DNA from: a virus | Strand: one strand, 5' to 3' | Length of the DNA stretch: 64,000 bases | Virus record (IMG/VR): IMGVR_UViG_3300030108_003689 | Span: 10,613 to 74,612 of that record | Part shown: positions 49,328-56,847 of the stretch, piece after piece | Position numbering within the stretch: the first letter of the stretch is position 1 | Layout of the letters: each line of letters starts with the position of its first letter | Position numbers and translations under genes: made by a program | The notes under the pieces: generated by a model | What the model was told of the DNA's origin: nothing | What the model saw: only the letters and a program-made list of their open reading frames with translations | Databases searched by the model: none

Positions 49328-49824
49328 AGCAAAAATCTCCTGGCGTTGGGCATCATGGGTCCTTCCATTTGGGCGGTAGATCCTTTAGAATTTTTAGATT
49401 TTACGATGACTGTGTAGTCTTCACTTGGATATGGGCCACTGATTGTGGCGATCATTCCAGAAGGCAGCATCTTCCCAAATTTATCTGAATCAGGAACGCT
49501 ATCTTTGACCATCTGCTCAAGCTCACGAACTAGCTGTTCGGACAAAAATCCTTCTGTAGCCAACTCAATGATGCAATCGGGATGGCTAGCAAGCGCATGC
49601 TTTACGTCCTGATTGATGTCGAGAGGGCCAAGAGGACCCTGATCACGCTTGAACATTGTCATAGCACGAAGGCCATCAAGCATATCAAGCTCACCCATCG
49701 GGCCGTGCTGTTGCTCAAGAAGATCATCTCTAGCCATCGCGTGGTCATAAAAAAACATCACACCCTCCCTGCCCAAACCATGCACGTTCGCATGGATGCA
49801 CATTTGAAATCTAAAGCCTGACAA
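49324..49824 (-). CDS. Hypothetical protein
   Basis: ORF in operon; true start probably an internal ATG near 49760. Confidence 0.55.
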   Translation of the reverse strand: MSGFRFQMCIHANVHGLGREGVMFFYDHAMARDDLLEQQHGPMGELDMLDGLRAMTMFKRDQGPLGPLDINQDVKHALASHPDCIIELATEGFLSEQLVRELEQMVKDSVPDSDKFGKMLPSGMIATISGPYPSEDYTVIVKSKNSKGSTAQMEGPMMPNARRFLL

Positions 49825-50171
49825 TACCCCAACTCTCCAGCCTCCACAGCCATCTCGGGGTCTCCCTCATCACCAATGCCCTTTTCAATACACTCCAGCA
49901 TCTGAGGAGAACGATCAAAGAAGGAGCAATTGCCACAGCGCATCTGCATCACATTCTCAATCGAGTCGTTGAACTGATCGGCAAAACGAGCCCAAAACTC
50001 TTCATTACCACCGCTCGCGTCAAGCTGAGGATTGGCAGGGCCGTACATCTTTGTATCTAAAGCATTCTGGCGGTTCTCAAGATTCATCTGAAGGTCCTGA
50101 GTCGCACGAGGACAAGAATCCGGTTGCCCGGTTTCCCTCATGTTCCGCATCAACATCTTGTTGAACATCAT
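49758..50171 (-). CDS. Conserved Cys-rich phage protein
   Basis: SCPRATQD...NL.NRQ.A...YGPANP...RCGNC..FD...MLECI...LGYC...FKCAS.RTC..W. Confidence 0.75.
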   Translation of the reverse strand: MMFNKMLMRNMRETGQPDSCPRATQDLQMNLENRQNALDTKMYGPANPQLDASGGNEEFWARFADQFNDSIENVMQMRCGNCSFFDRSPQMLECIEKGIGDEGDPEMAVEAGELGYCQALDFKCASMRTCMVWAGRV

Positions 50172-50467
50172 CCCTTCACCTTCGATCCAGCACGCCACTG
50201 GTAGCAAGACCAATACTTCGCCGTCAGCTTGTTCTTGGCACCAGCCTTGTCGCATCCATGGCGAGACCTAAAGTTCTTTCGAGCCTTAGGGTTGTCGCGT
50301 CGAATGGCCATCTTGGCATCGCCAAAGCGAATGACCTTCTTCTTGCCGCCAGAGCTAGCCACAACAACAAACTTCTTTTTACCGTACCCAGGCTCACCCT
50401 TTTTGATGCGACGAGGCTTGTTCGTCTTCATACCTGCTTTGAGTAGAGCGTCTGCTGACTGTGCCAT
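50168..50467 (-). CDS. DUF6321-like basic phage protein
   Basis: KKFVV...IRFGD..M.I....P.ARKNFRSRHGC...K..A.YWSC..W. Confidence 0.75.
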   Translation of the reverse strand: MAQSADALLKAGMKTNKPRRIKKGEPGYGKKKFVVVASSGGKKKVIRFGDAKMAIRRDNPKARKNFRSRHGCDKAGAKNKLTAKYWSCYQWRAGSKVKG

Positions 50468-50469
50468 GG

Positions 50470-50844
50470 CTACTTCATCTTCTTCGCAATCTTGCCTACA
50501 CGCTCTGACTGACGAGCATGCATATTAGATGCCTTTGTAAGCTGACTAGAAATCTCATTTAGATCTTCCTTGGGGCCACCAGTCTCACTGTAGCTCATAC
50601 CGGGACCACCACGCTCACTGAGCCTCGGTAGATTAGCAAGCCCACGGTCCTCTAAGAAGTCTTGCATCGCAGCATTGTGCTTGGCGCGAGTCACACGATT
50701 AACGGGCTCAGCAGGATTACCCTCCTCACGAGCATACCTACGAACGCGCTCCTTAGGCGGCAGATTGCCCACCTTGGGGTTCCGTTTCGCTATATCTGTA
50801 AGCTGAACAGCCTTTCCGTAGTACCCTTTTAATTTCTCATCCAT
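50470..50844 (-). CDS. Hypothetical basic protein
   Basis: MDEKLKGYYG... after GGAG RBS; C-term LTKASNMHARQS. Confidence 0.6.
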   Translation of the reverse strand: MDEKLKGYYGKAVQLTDIAKRNPKVGNLPPKERVRRYAREEGNPAEPVNRVTRAKHNAAMQDFLEDRGLANLPRLSERGGPGMSYSETGGPKEDLNEISSQLTKASNMHARQSERVGKIAKKMK

Positions 50845-50845
50845 C

Positions 50846-52240
50846 TTACTCTCCGTAGGCCTTCTTTTCATTCATAGTGTCCATGGGCTGATCTCCCATA
50901 GCAGGCTCAATCTCTCGACCCATACCACCTTGGCCTGCCATCATAGTCCTATCCTCAACGATAGGCATCGAAGGCTTGAAGGAGATTCCCTCACGAAGCA
51001 TGCGGCTTTCTTCATCCAACAAAGCACCACGAGTGTTCATCAGGGCCTCATACTTGCCCAAAGAGCGAGCCATACCAGAGGGCACTGAACCTGTTTGCTC
51101 AAAAATGCGAACCGCAGCATCTCGATTTTCCTGGTACAGCCCAGGAAGGTCAGCAAGCTCATCAGCACTGCTGAAGTTCATTGGATCTTGGCGGTCTGTC
51201 GTCTCAGCAAAGGCGTTGCCGTAGTCCGTTGTTTTCCTGACTTCGTTCATCATGCGAACGCTCAGGTTGGGATCAATCGGCTTGGCTGCCATCTCATCGA
51301 CCATGTCTTGGTAGCCCATGCCGCGAGCACCGGCAAAAACGTCCTCTTGACCGCTACCGTGTTTTTCCCTGACAAGCGCACCAATGGCGGCAGTGCCACC
51401 AACACCAAACGCAAGTGGATTCAACTGCGGAGGAGTCCTCATCGAATCTACTTGCTTTGTAATTTTAGATTGAATGTCCTTCATGTCGGGACGAAACTCT
51501 GGGAATCGACCGCCCGATCCATACCTGTTGGCGTATGCTTGATATTCGACCCCCTTTCGGAGGGCAGGAAGATATGCATCTTGTTCTGCCTTCGACATCT
51601 TGGACACCTCTTCTAAGCTTCGACGCGCTGAAGAAGGAGGCGTACCTGCACGTTTTGGAAAATTCAAAGGGTTGTCGTACATGACCGTAGGCGTCAAATC
51701 CTCAACATCATCGGCACGCTTCATGCCCTTGCGAGCCTCCTTGGCGGCCTTCGACATAATCGCGCCAGAACCAACACCAGCGGTCAACAGTCCACCACCA
51801 GCAGCCAACATGGCGTCACCATACGTGCCCTCTGGGTCAATCAACTCGCCAGCAGCATAACCAACGTCGCCAAGACCAAGATCATACGGCGTCACAGATG
51901 CAGCCATGCTCGCTGGCTTCACAACGCCCGCAATATTGCTGCGAATGTCTCTAGCTAAACCAGCACGAGCAGCAGCGTCACGCTCCACCTGACGCGAATC
52001 AAAGCCACTCAAACGATCGTCAATCGCTCGCTTGTAGCGTTGTTGTTGCTCAGGACTACCTGGAGGAACCCGAAAGCCCTTGTACTCCTCACGAGGAGGA
52101 CTTACGATCGGATCAAAACCTTCCAAAGATGGGTCAGTGACAATCTCCATGATCTCACGCGGAGAAAGATCTGGATATCGAGCACGGTACTTCTCAGCTA
52201 ATGCCTGCGCCTGCTCAGGACTCATTCTACGTCGTGCCAC
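50846..52240 (-). CDS. Hypothetical (possibly virion) protein
   Basis: 464 aa, GTG with AGGAG RBS, Gly/Ala hydrophobic patches. Confidence 0.7.
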   Translation of the reverse strand: MARRRMSPEQAQALAEKYRARYPDLSPREIMEIVTDPSLEGFDPIVSPPREEYKGFRVPPGSPEQQQRYKRAIDDRLSGFDSRQVERDAAARAGLARDIRSNIAGVVKPASMAASVTPYDLGLGDVGYAAGELIDPEGTYGDAMLAAGGGLLTAGVGSGAIMSKAAKEARKGMKRADDVEDLTPTVMYDNPLNFPKRAGTPPSSARRSLEEVSKMSKAEQDAYLPALRKGVEYQAYANRYGSGGRFPEFRPDMKDIQSKITKQVDSMRTPPQLNPLAFGVGGTAAIGALVREKHGSGQEDVFAGARGMGYQDMVDEMAAKPIDPNLSVRMMNEVRKTTDYGNAFAETTDRQDPMNFSSADELADLPGLYQENRDAAVRIFEQTGSVPSGMARSLGKYEALMNTRGALLDEESRMLREGISFKPSMPIVEDRTMMAGQGGMGREIEPAMGDQPMDTMNEKKAYGE

Positions 52241-52249
52241 AATAGTCTC

Positions 52250-52921
52250 CTAAAATAAGGTAACGTCGCCTAATAACTCTTTATATAACAGAAATGATAT
52301 CAGACCGGCGTCCTTTAAGCTCTGAACATTGTCTATATCTTTCATCAAAGCCAGTTTATCAGATCTATTCAACTGTACAGATTGAACTGGATGATTAAAT
52401 GTTGTGGCTTTATTGTAGATGAAACGGTTCATTGTGCCGTTTGGACCTGACAAATGGACGAGTGGGCCACCAGCCTCCAACGTCGCCTCAAACAAACCAG
52501 CCTGCTCAGACTCCTGAGCCATACGCATTTCGATGTCATCAGGAATCGCAGGACCAACATAATCAATCACATCAAAAGCACGACGAGCATCAAAATCGTC
52601 CAGAGCATACGGCTTCGTCTCGTAATAGTAGTCCTCGCCCCGCAAAAAGCGCATATACGCGCCCTGGTCAATCTTATCGCCGACCTCTGACAACTCATCC
52701 ATGCGAGCACTGTGCCACTCATTCAGAATTTCGCCACGCTTCGACTCACGATCAGCTTCAGATAAACTGTAGTACTCGGACTCAATCATGCCGATTTCGT
52801 CAGCCAAATCGTCAAACTGCTGACTCAAAGCACGCCTTTGGTCGTATACCTGCTTGGAATCGCTCAACTCGTACGACTGAGCATAGCCGTCACCAGTATA
52901 AAAGGCATCCTCTGACGCCAT
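52250..52921 (-). CDS. Acidic hypothetical protein
   Basis: 223-aa ORF in operon. Confidence 0.7.
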   Translation of the reverse strand: MASEDAFYTGDGYAQSYELSDSKQVYDQRRALSQQFDDLADEIGMIESEYYSLSEADRESKRGEILNEWHSARMDELSEVGDKIDQGAYMRFLRGEDYYYETKPYALDDFDARRAFDVIDYVGPAIPDDIEMRMAQESEQAGLFEATLEAGGPLVHLSGPNGTMNRFIYNKATTFNHPVQSVQLNRSDKLALMKDIDNVQSLKDAGLISFLLYKELLGDVTLF

Positions 52922-52925
52922 GGCG

Positions 52926-53318
52926 CTAAGCCCCTAACAAAGTGATTGACACAGTACCTGTAGGATTCGTGTTGCCAGCAACGCCAGCCTCCTGACAAAC
53001 AGCCATATGAATATAAGCGCTGTTGCCTACAGTGATTCCTTCAGGAACATATGCGTCAACAACCTTGCCAGCAGCGCACTTGTACACCAAAAACGGATTC
53101 GTTGTACCAACAGTTACATTCTGACCCGTTGCACTCGTGTCAGTGTAAAGCTTCAAGTACACATCTTCTGCTGTGTTTGAAGTCGCGTCAATCTTGATAA
53201 AGTGGACCTTGGCAGCCTGCTTTTGAAAAATGTTTTGAACAATAGTCGCGTTAGCTGCAGTCTCAGTGAAAGCCAGCGTAGCGATAGGGTTTTCTAAATT
53301 AGCAAGAAAATCAGCCAC
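52926..53318 (-). CDS. Virion structural beta-sandwich protein (paralog family A)
   Basis: IKIDAT...VYLKLY...VTVGTTNPFLVYKCAAG...PEGI. Confidence 0.7.
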   Translation of the reverse strand: MADFLANLENPIATLAFTETAANATIVQNIFQKQAAKVHFIKIDATSNTAEDVYLKLYTDTSATGQNVTVGTTNPFLVYKCAAGKVVDAYVPEGITVGNSAYIHMAVCQEAGVAGNTNPTGTVSITLLGA

Positions 53319-53326
53319 TTAAAACC

Positions 53327-53704
53327 TCACTTGTATAATACGGTTACGGTTACGTCTTGACCAGGATTACTCGTGTCATTCGTTTGAGCAGACGCGACAC
53401 AACGCATCGACAAGCCATTGACTACAGCAAGTCCAGCCGGAAAACTAAATACATTCTTCTTCGCACCATCAACTTGAAGAATGTAGTCAGGCTCCGTACT
53501 CGCAGCGACAATGCCACCATCAGTCAATGCATCGTAGAGCTTCAAATAAGATGGCGTAGCTGAGTTCTGGCTACTGTTGTCGACTGTGATTGAATACACA
53601 GTAACCGGACCACCAGTAAAGTTTTGAACAGGCGCACTGCCTAAATCTGTATCGATCAAAACCTTGTAACTACAATACGATGAATCTAGTTTCGTTATAG
53701 CCAT
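53327..53704 (-). CDS. Virion structural beta-sandwich protein (paralog family A)
   Basis: NFTGGPVTVYSI.VDN...YLKLYDA...STEPDYIL...FPAGL...NGLSM. Confidence 0.7.
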   Translation of the reverse strand: MAITKLDSSYCSYKVLIDTDLGSAPVQNFTGGPVTVYSITVDNSSQNSATPSYLKLYDALTDGGIVAASTEPDYILQVDGAKKNVFSFPAGLAVVNGLSMRCVASAQTNDTSNPGQDVTVTVLYK

Positions 53705-53765
53705 ATGTCATAGCCCTCAAGTTAAGGTCCTCACAACTTTACCTTATATTGAGAATATAGCAAAC

Positions 53766-53801
53766 AAAGAAAAAGACCCTACCAGAGCAAGTAGGGCCTT
53801 T
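53766..53801 (-). terminator. Intrinsic terminator after RusA operon
   Basis: AAAGGCCCTAC-ttgctctg-GTAGGGTCTTT-TTCTTT on - strand. Confidence 0.75.
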
Positions 53802-53874
53802 CGAACAAACAAACAGGAGAGAACCGTAGAACAACCGTTCCTTGGCAACTCAATAGCAAGGTACCACACAGTGA

Positions 53875-54411
53875 CTACCAAGGCAAGTCGTGCAGAAAGC
53901 CGTCCTCCTCTTCTTGAAAAACCTCCATCAGTGTCTTGCCCATTCTCTTAGACGCCAAGTCCCACCAGCCCTCCACAGGCTCAGGACCCACTGGACGCAT
54001 ACGCAAACATAGCCTCGGACCACGATCACGCTCTGCATAGAAGTCCTGTATCGTTACCTTGACCGCTAATGAGTCATCTCGTATCACCCCAGCCATCACC
54101 AAGGCATCCAGCGCACATTTACAGATGTTGTCTGCATCTGGCTTAGATCGCTTCCAAATCACATGATCTGGGTCTTTTCGGCGCAATAAACGCTTAGGAC
54201 GATGCGAAAATGCCGCTATTTCGACCTCAACAGGCTCATCAAGTGGCGCTTTTCGCCAAACACTGGTCATCACCATTGCCGCAGAACGCTCCCAATCTGC
54301 AGTCTTTTTAGGCGTATATAGCCTTACGTGGCCGCCAACTGACGTTCCTCTTGGCCTTCCCTTGCCGATTGGGTCACCAGGAACCTCTACCATGTACATC
54401 CATTCACTCAT
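53875..54411 (-). CDS. rusA: RusA family Holliday junction resolvase
   Basis: VPGDPIGKGRPR, YTPKKT..WE, KPDADNICKCALDAL, IRDDS. Confidence 0.9.
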   Translation of the reverse strand: MSEWMYMVEVPGDPIGKGRPRGTSVGGHVRLYTPKKTADWERSAAMVMTSVWRKAPLDEPVEVEIAAFSHRPKRLLRRKDPDHVIWKRSKPDADNICKCALDALVMAGVIRDDSLAVKVTIQDFYAERDRGPRLCLRMRPVGPEPVEGWWDLASKRMGKTLMEVFQEEEDGFLHDLPW

Positions 54412-54727
54412 ATTCATCCTCATGCCACTCTAAAAGATGGTTCCTCAGCTTATCAATAGACGGAACATTCTCCATCTGCTCACAAGCCATATAGATCTCG
54501 TCCACTACTACAAACAATGCACGCAGCATCTGACGCCGATCCTTGTGCTTGTCCAACTCGAACAATGCCCAAGGTATGTCCAGCCTTGATGGAATCTGCT
54601 TGCACCAATGAGGCACTGCTCTCCATTCATCTTGATGCATGGCCTTGTCAGCCAACCACGCATACCACTCTCGAATCACAACTCTCAGATTGCGAGATAC
54701 GAACTTTACATCCAACATCAGTTCCAC
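54404..54727 (-). CDS. Hypothetical protein
   Basis: 107-aa ORF overlapping neighbours in operon fashion. Confidence 0.65.
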   Translation of the reverse strand: MELMLDVKFVSRNLRVVIREWYAWLADKAMHQDEWRAVPHWCKQIPSRLDIPWALFELDKHKDRRQMLRALFVVVDEIYMACEQMENVPSIDKLRNHLLEWHEDEYE

Positions 54728-55680
54728 TTGGCCATGTTCTTGTTGCGAAATGTGCTGAAGTGAAACGGATCATGACAATCATTCCATTCAGGCCAAGATA
54801 CGCATCGCAGAATCTCGTCTACCTCGGACAACTCCACACGCACCCATCTGGCCTCGCATCCTTTAGACGCAACAAACGACAGCGCTCTTGGTAGAGAGTC
54901 TGGATCGTTCAAGTACTCGACCTGTGCCCGCTTCCAAAACTCTTGTGTGTGCTTGTGAGTTCTTCTTGTATGAAGCCTCAGATATGGCCCCATCTCTGGA
55001 GTAGGCAAAGACATCGCAACTCTATGATGTCTTTCCAGCATCTTCTTGAGTTGATGGTATTGACCATTCGGCACAACTGGACCATTCGACATGATGTAGT
55101 GATGCAGAAACCTAAAGGTAGTCCATGCCCATCTTGGCTTGTCTGATGGCATAGATAAGTGACCCTTGTACGGATCGTACGTCACACGACGCTTATCTCT
55201 CTCGGTCTGCAGCAAAACAGCAAATGCGTACTTGAATAAACGCCTTGGCGTAGCGAATGCGCCCCTCAGCACAGCAAGCCTACCGCTTGGATCACATATG
55301 GCCACTTGGTAGTCATTACATGTAAGAGACCATTCGCCTGACTCGAGAGCCTTCTCTCTTGCCTCCTCAGCCAACGGCCAGTCAATCTCACCAGACTTGT
55401 AGTTGGTATTCATGCTTGCAGTCTCAACAGGACGCAAGACATCCAGAAACCTTTCCGACAAGCCGCTATATTTGACCACTACGTCACCTGACTTGAGATG
55501 ACTCTGCGACTTTTCAGGTATGGCAGTAAGCCGAACGAATCGAACCTTGTCAGCAGCAACAGGCACAGGAAGCTCTTCTAAATAAGAATCGATTTCATCA
55601 GGGTTTGTTACTGGAACACCAAGAACGCCATCGATTCCCTTGGCTGGAAAACGACGCGCTAAACACACATAGTCAGTCAT
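54718..55680 (-). CDS. Hypothetical protein
   Basis: 320-aa ORF with GGAG RBS directly behind a sigma70-type promoter. Confidence 0.75.
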   Translation of the reverse strand: MTDYVCLARRFPAKGIDGVLGVPVTNPDEIDSYLEELPVPVAADKVRFVRLTAIPEKSQSHLKSGDVVVKYSGLSERFLDVLRPVETASMNTNYKSGEIDWPLAEEAREKALESGEWSLTCNDYQVAICDPSGRLAVLRGAFATPRRLFKYAFAVLLQTERDKRRVTYDPYKGHLSMPSDKPRWAWTTFRFLHHYIMSNGPVVPNGQYHQLKKMLERHHRVAMSLPTPEMGPYLRLHTRRTHKHTQEFWKRAQVEYLNDPDSLPRALSFVASKGCEARWVRVELSEVDEILRCVSWPEWNDCHDPFHFSTFRNKNMAKWN

Positions 55681-55697
55681 ATTTACTCCGAGACCGG

Positions 55698-55726
55698 AGT
55701 CTATATTTGTACAAACACCACGTCAA
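55698..55726 (-). promoter_or_regulatory. Sigma70-type promoter (leftward)
   Basis: TTGACG-17 nt-TAGACT on - strand. Confidence 0.7.
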
Positions 55727-55933
55727 CCCTGAGCTTTGTAGATTTACTATCACTATCATTTCCCCAGGGGGGGACTTCGTCCCCCCCCAGCGCTGCGAGC
55801 CGCCACCGGCAGCCGCGATGGCCACCGCCTCTCCCCCCGCCGCGACGAGGCGAGGCTCCGCCCTGACCCTGGTCCGGGCCTCCGGTTCACCCCTCGAAAA
55901 ACCCAGGGCAAAGGCGGGTTATGGCGTATGCTT

Positions 55934-56389
55934 CTACATATCGTCACCTCCACAGGGGGGGCAGGCCATGGGGCCAGCACCGCCCACAGGGGGGGCACCG
56001 TCGCCGATGGCGAGGGCACCAGCCACCAGGGCGGCACGGGCACCAGCCACCAGGGCTGAGGCCTTACGGCGGAACCACCGCCCAGCAGCACCAGCCGCCG
56101 CGCGCGCGCCATTAAGAAGTGCAGCCACCACAGGGGGGGCAGCATCAGCCTCGGCACCGTCAACGATGGCGACCGGGGCAACCTCAGCAGCAGGGGCCAC
56201 CGGGGCAGCCTCGGCACCGTCAGCAGCAACCACCACCAGGGGGGAAGCGATGACGACGACGCGAGGGGCACCGGGGACCCGAAGCTGAGGAACCTTGGCC
56301 CAGGCCACGAATCGACCCGTCGCAGCACACCGAGCCCGTTGCCGGGGGGCGGCTGCGTCGAGGTCTGCAAAGGCAAGTGCGAAGGTCAT
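55934..56389 (-). CDS. Ala-rich low-complexity protein, possibly leaderless from a sigma54 promoter
   Basis: In-frame peptide repeats (DGAEA x2, ALVAGA x2); ATG about 2 nt after predicted TSS; overlaps other GC-rich ORFs, so uncertain. Confidence 0.45.
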   Translation of the reverse strand: MTFALAFADLDAAAPRQRARCAATGRFVAWAKVPQLRVPGAPRVVVIASPLVVVAADGAEAAPVAPAAEVAPVAIVDGAEADAAPPVVAALLNGARAAAGAAGRWFRRKASALVAGARAALVAGALAIGDGAPPVGGAGPMACPPCGGDDM

Positions 56390-56400
56390 GGCCCCTTCTT

Positions 56401-56418
56401 ATGCAAGTGCCGTGCCAA
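56401..56418 (-). promoter_or_regulatory. Sigma54 (-24/-12) promoter, leftward
   Basis: TTGGCAC-GGCAC-TTGCAT, a perfect match to TGGCAC-N5-TTGCW. Confidence 0.75.
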
Positions 56419-56466
56419 TCTTTGGCACACCCTGACGGGGGGCTCACCTGGCAGCAAACGGGCCAA

Positions 56467-56811
56467 AAACGCTGTACGCAAAGCCATTTTGGCACAACCA
56501 AGGTATGGCACAGGACTTGCATGGGGGGAGAGCATTTTTCCCTTGCCACGTCAACACCACGACTCGAAACCCAAAATGCTAAACGCTGTACGTCTCTGCA
56601 TTTGTCGTCCTTCGAAAAGTAGACCACGACATGTGTGTCGCGGTTTGGCAGGGTCTTCCAAACGTTGTACGTCTCTGCATCGAAATATTGCGTACAGCGT
56701 TTAGGCCATTCCTGACCACGACATATATGTCACGGTTTGGCATGGACTGTCTGTGCCAAATCAGGCCCCTACTGGTGAGTAGATTTTCAAAACCGCTGTA
56801 CGTCTCTGCAT
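56467..56811. repeat. Dispersed repeats AAACGCTGTACG(TCTCTGCAT) x5 and GACCACGACATRTRTGTCRCGGTTTGGCA x2
   Basis: First family at about 56467, 56581, 56660, 56689-56702 (inverted), 56791; second family at 56622-56650 and 56714-56742. Confidence 0.85.
56506..56522 (+). promoter_or_regulatory. Sigma54 (-24/-12) promoter, rightward 1
   Basis: TGGCAC-AGGAC-TTGCAT, a perfect consensus match. Confidence 0.75.
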
Positions 56812-56820
56812 TGGCACAGT

Positions 56821-56837
56821 TTGGCACGGTATGTGCT
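56821..56837 (+). promoter_or_regulatory. Sigma54 (-24/-12) promoter, rightward 2
   Basis: TTGGCACG-GTAT-GTGCT with exact GG-N10-GC spacing; predicted TSS about 56848. Confidence 0.6.
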
Positions 56838-56847
56838 ATATAGGTTG

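Noticed and set aside
56467-56811. Repeats as a mini-CRISPR array
   Set aside because: Spacing is irregular (about 80-130 bp), one copy is inverted, the intervening sequences contain their own repeats, and no cas genes are present.
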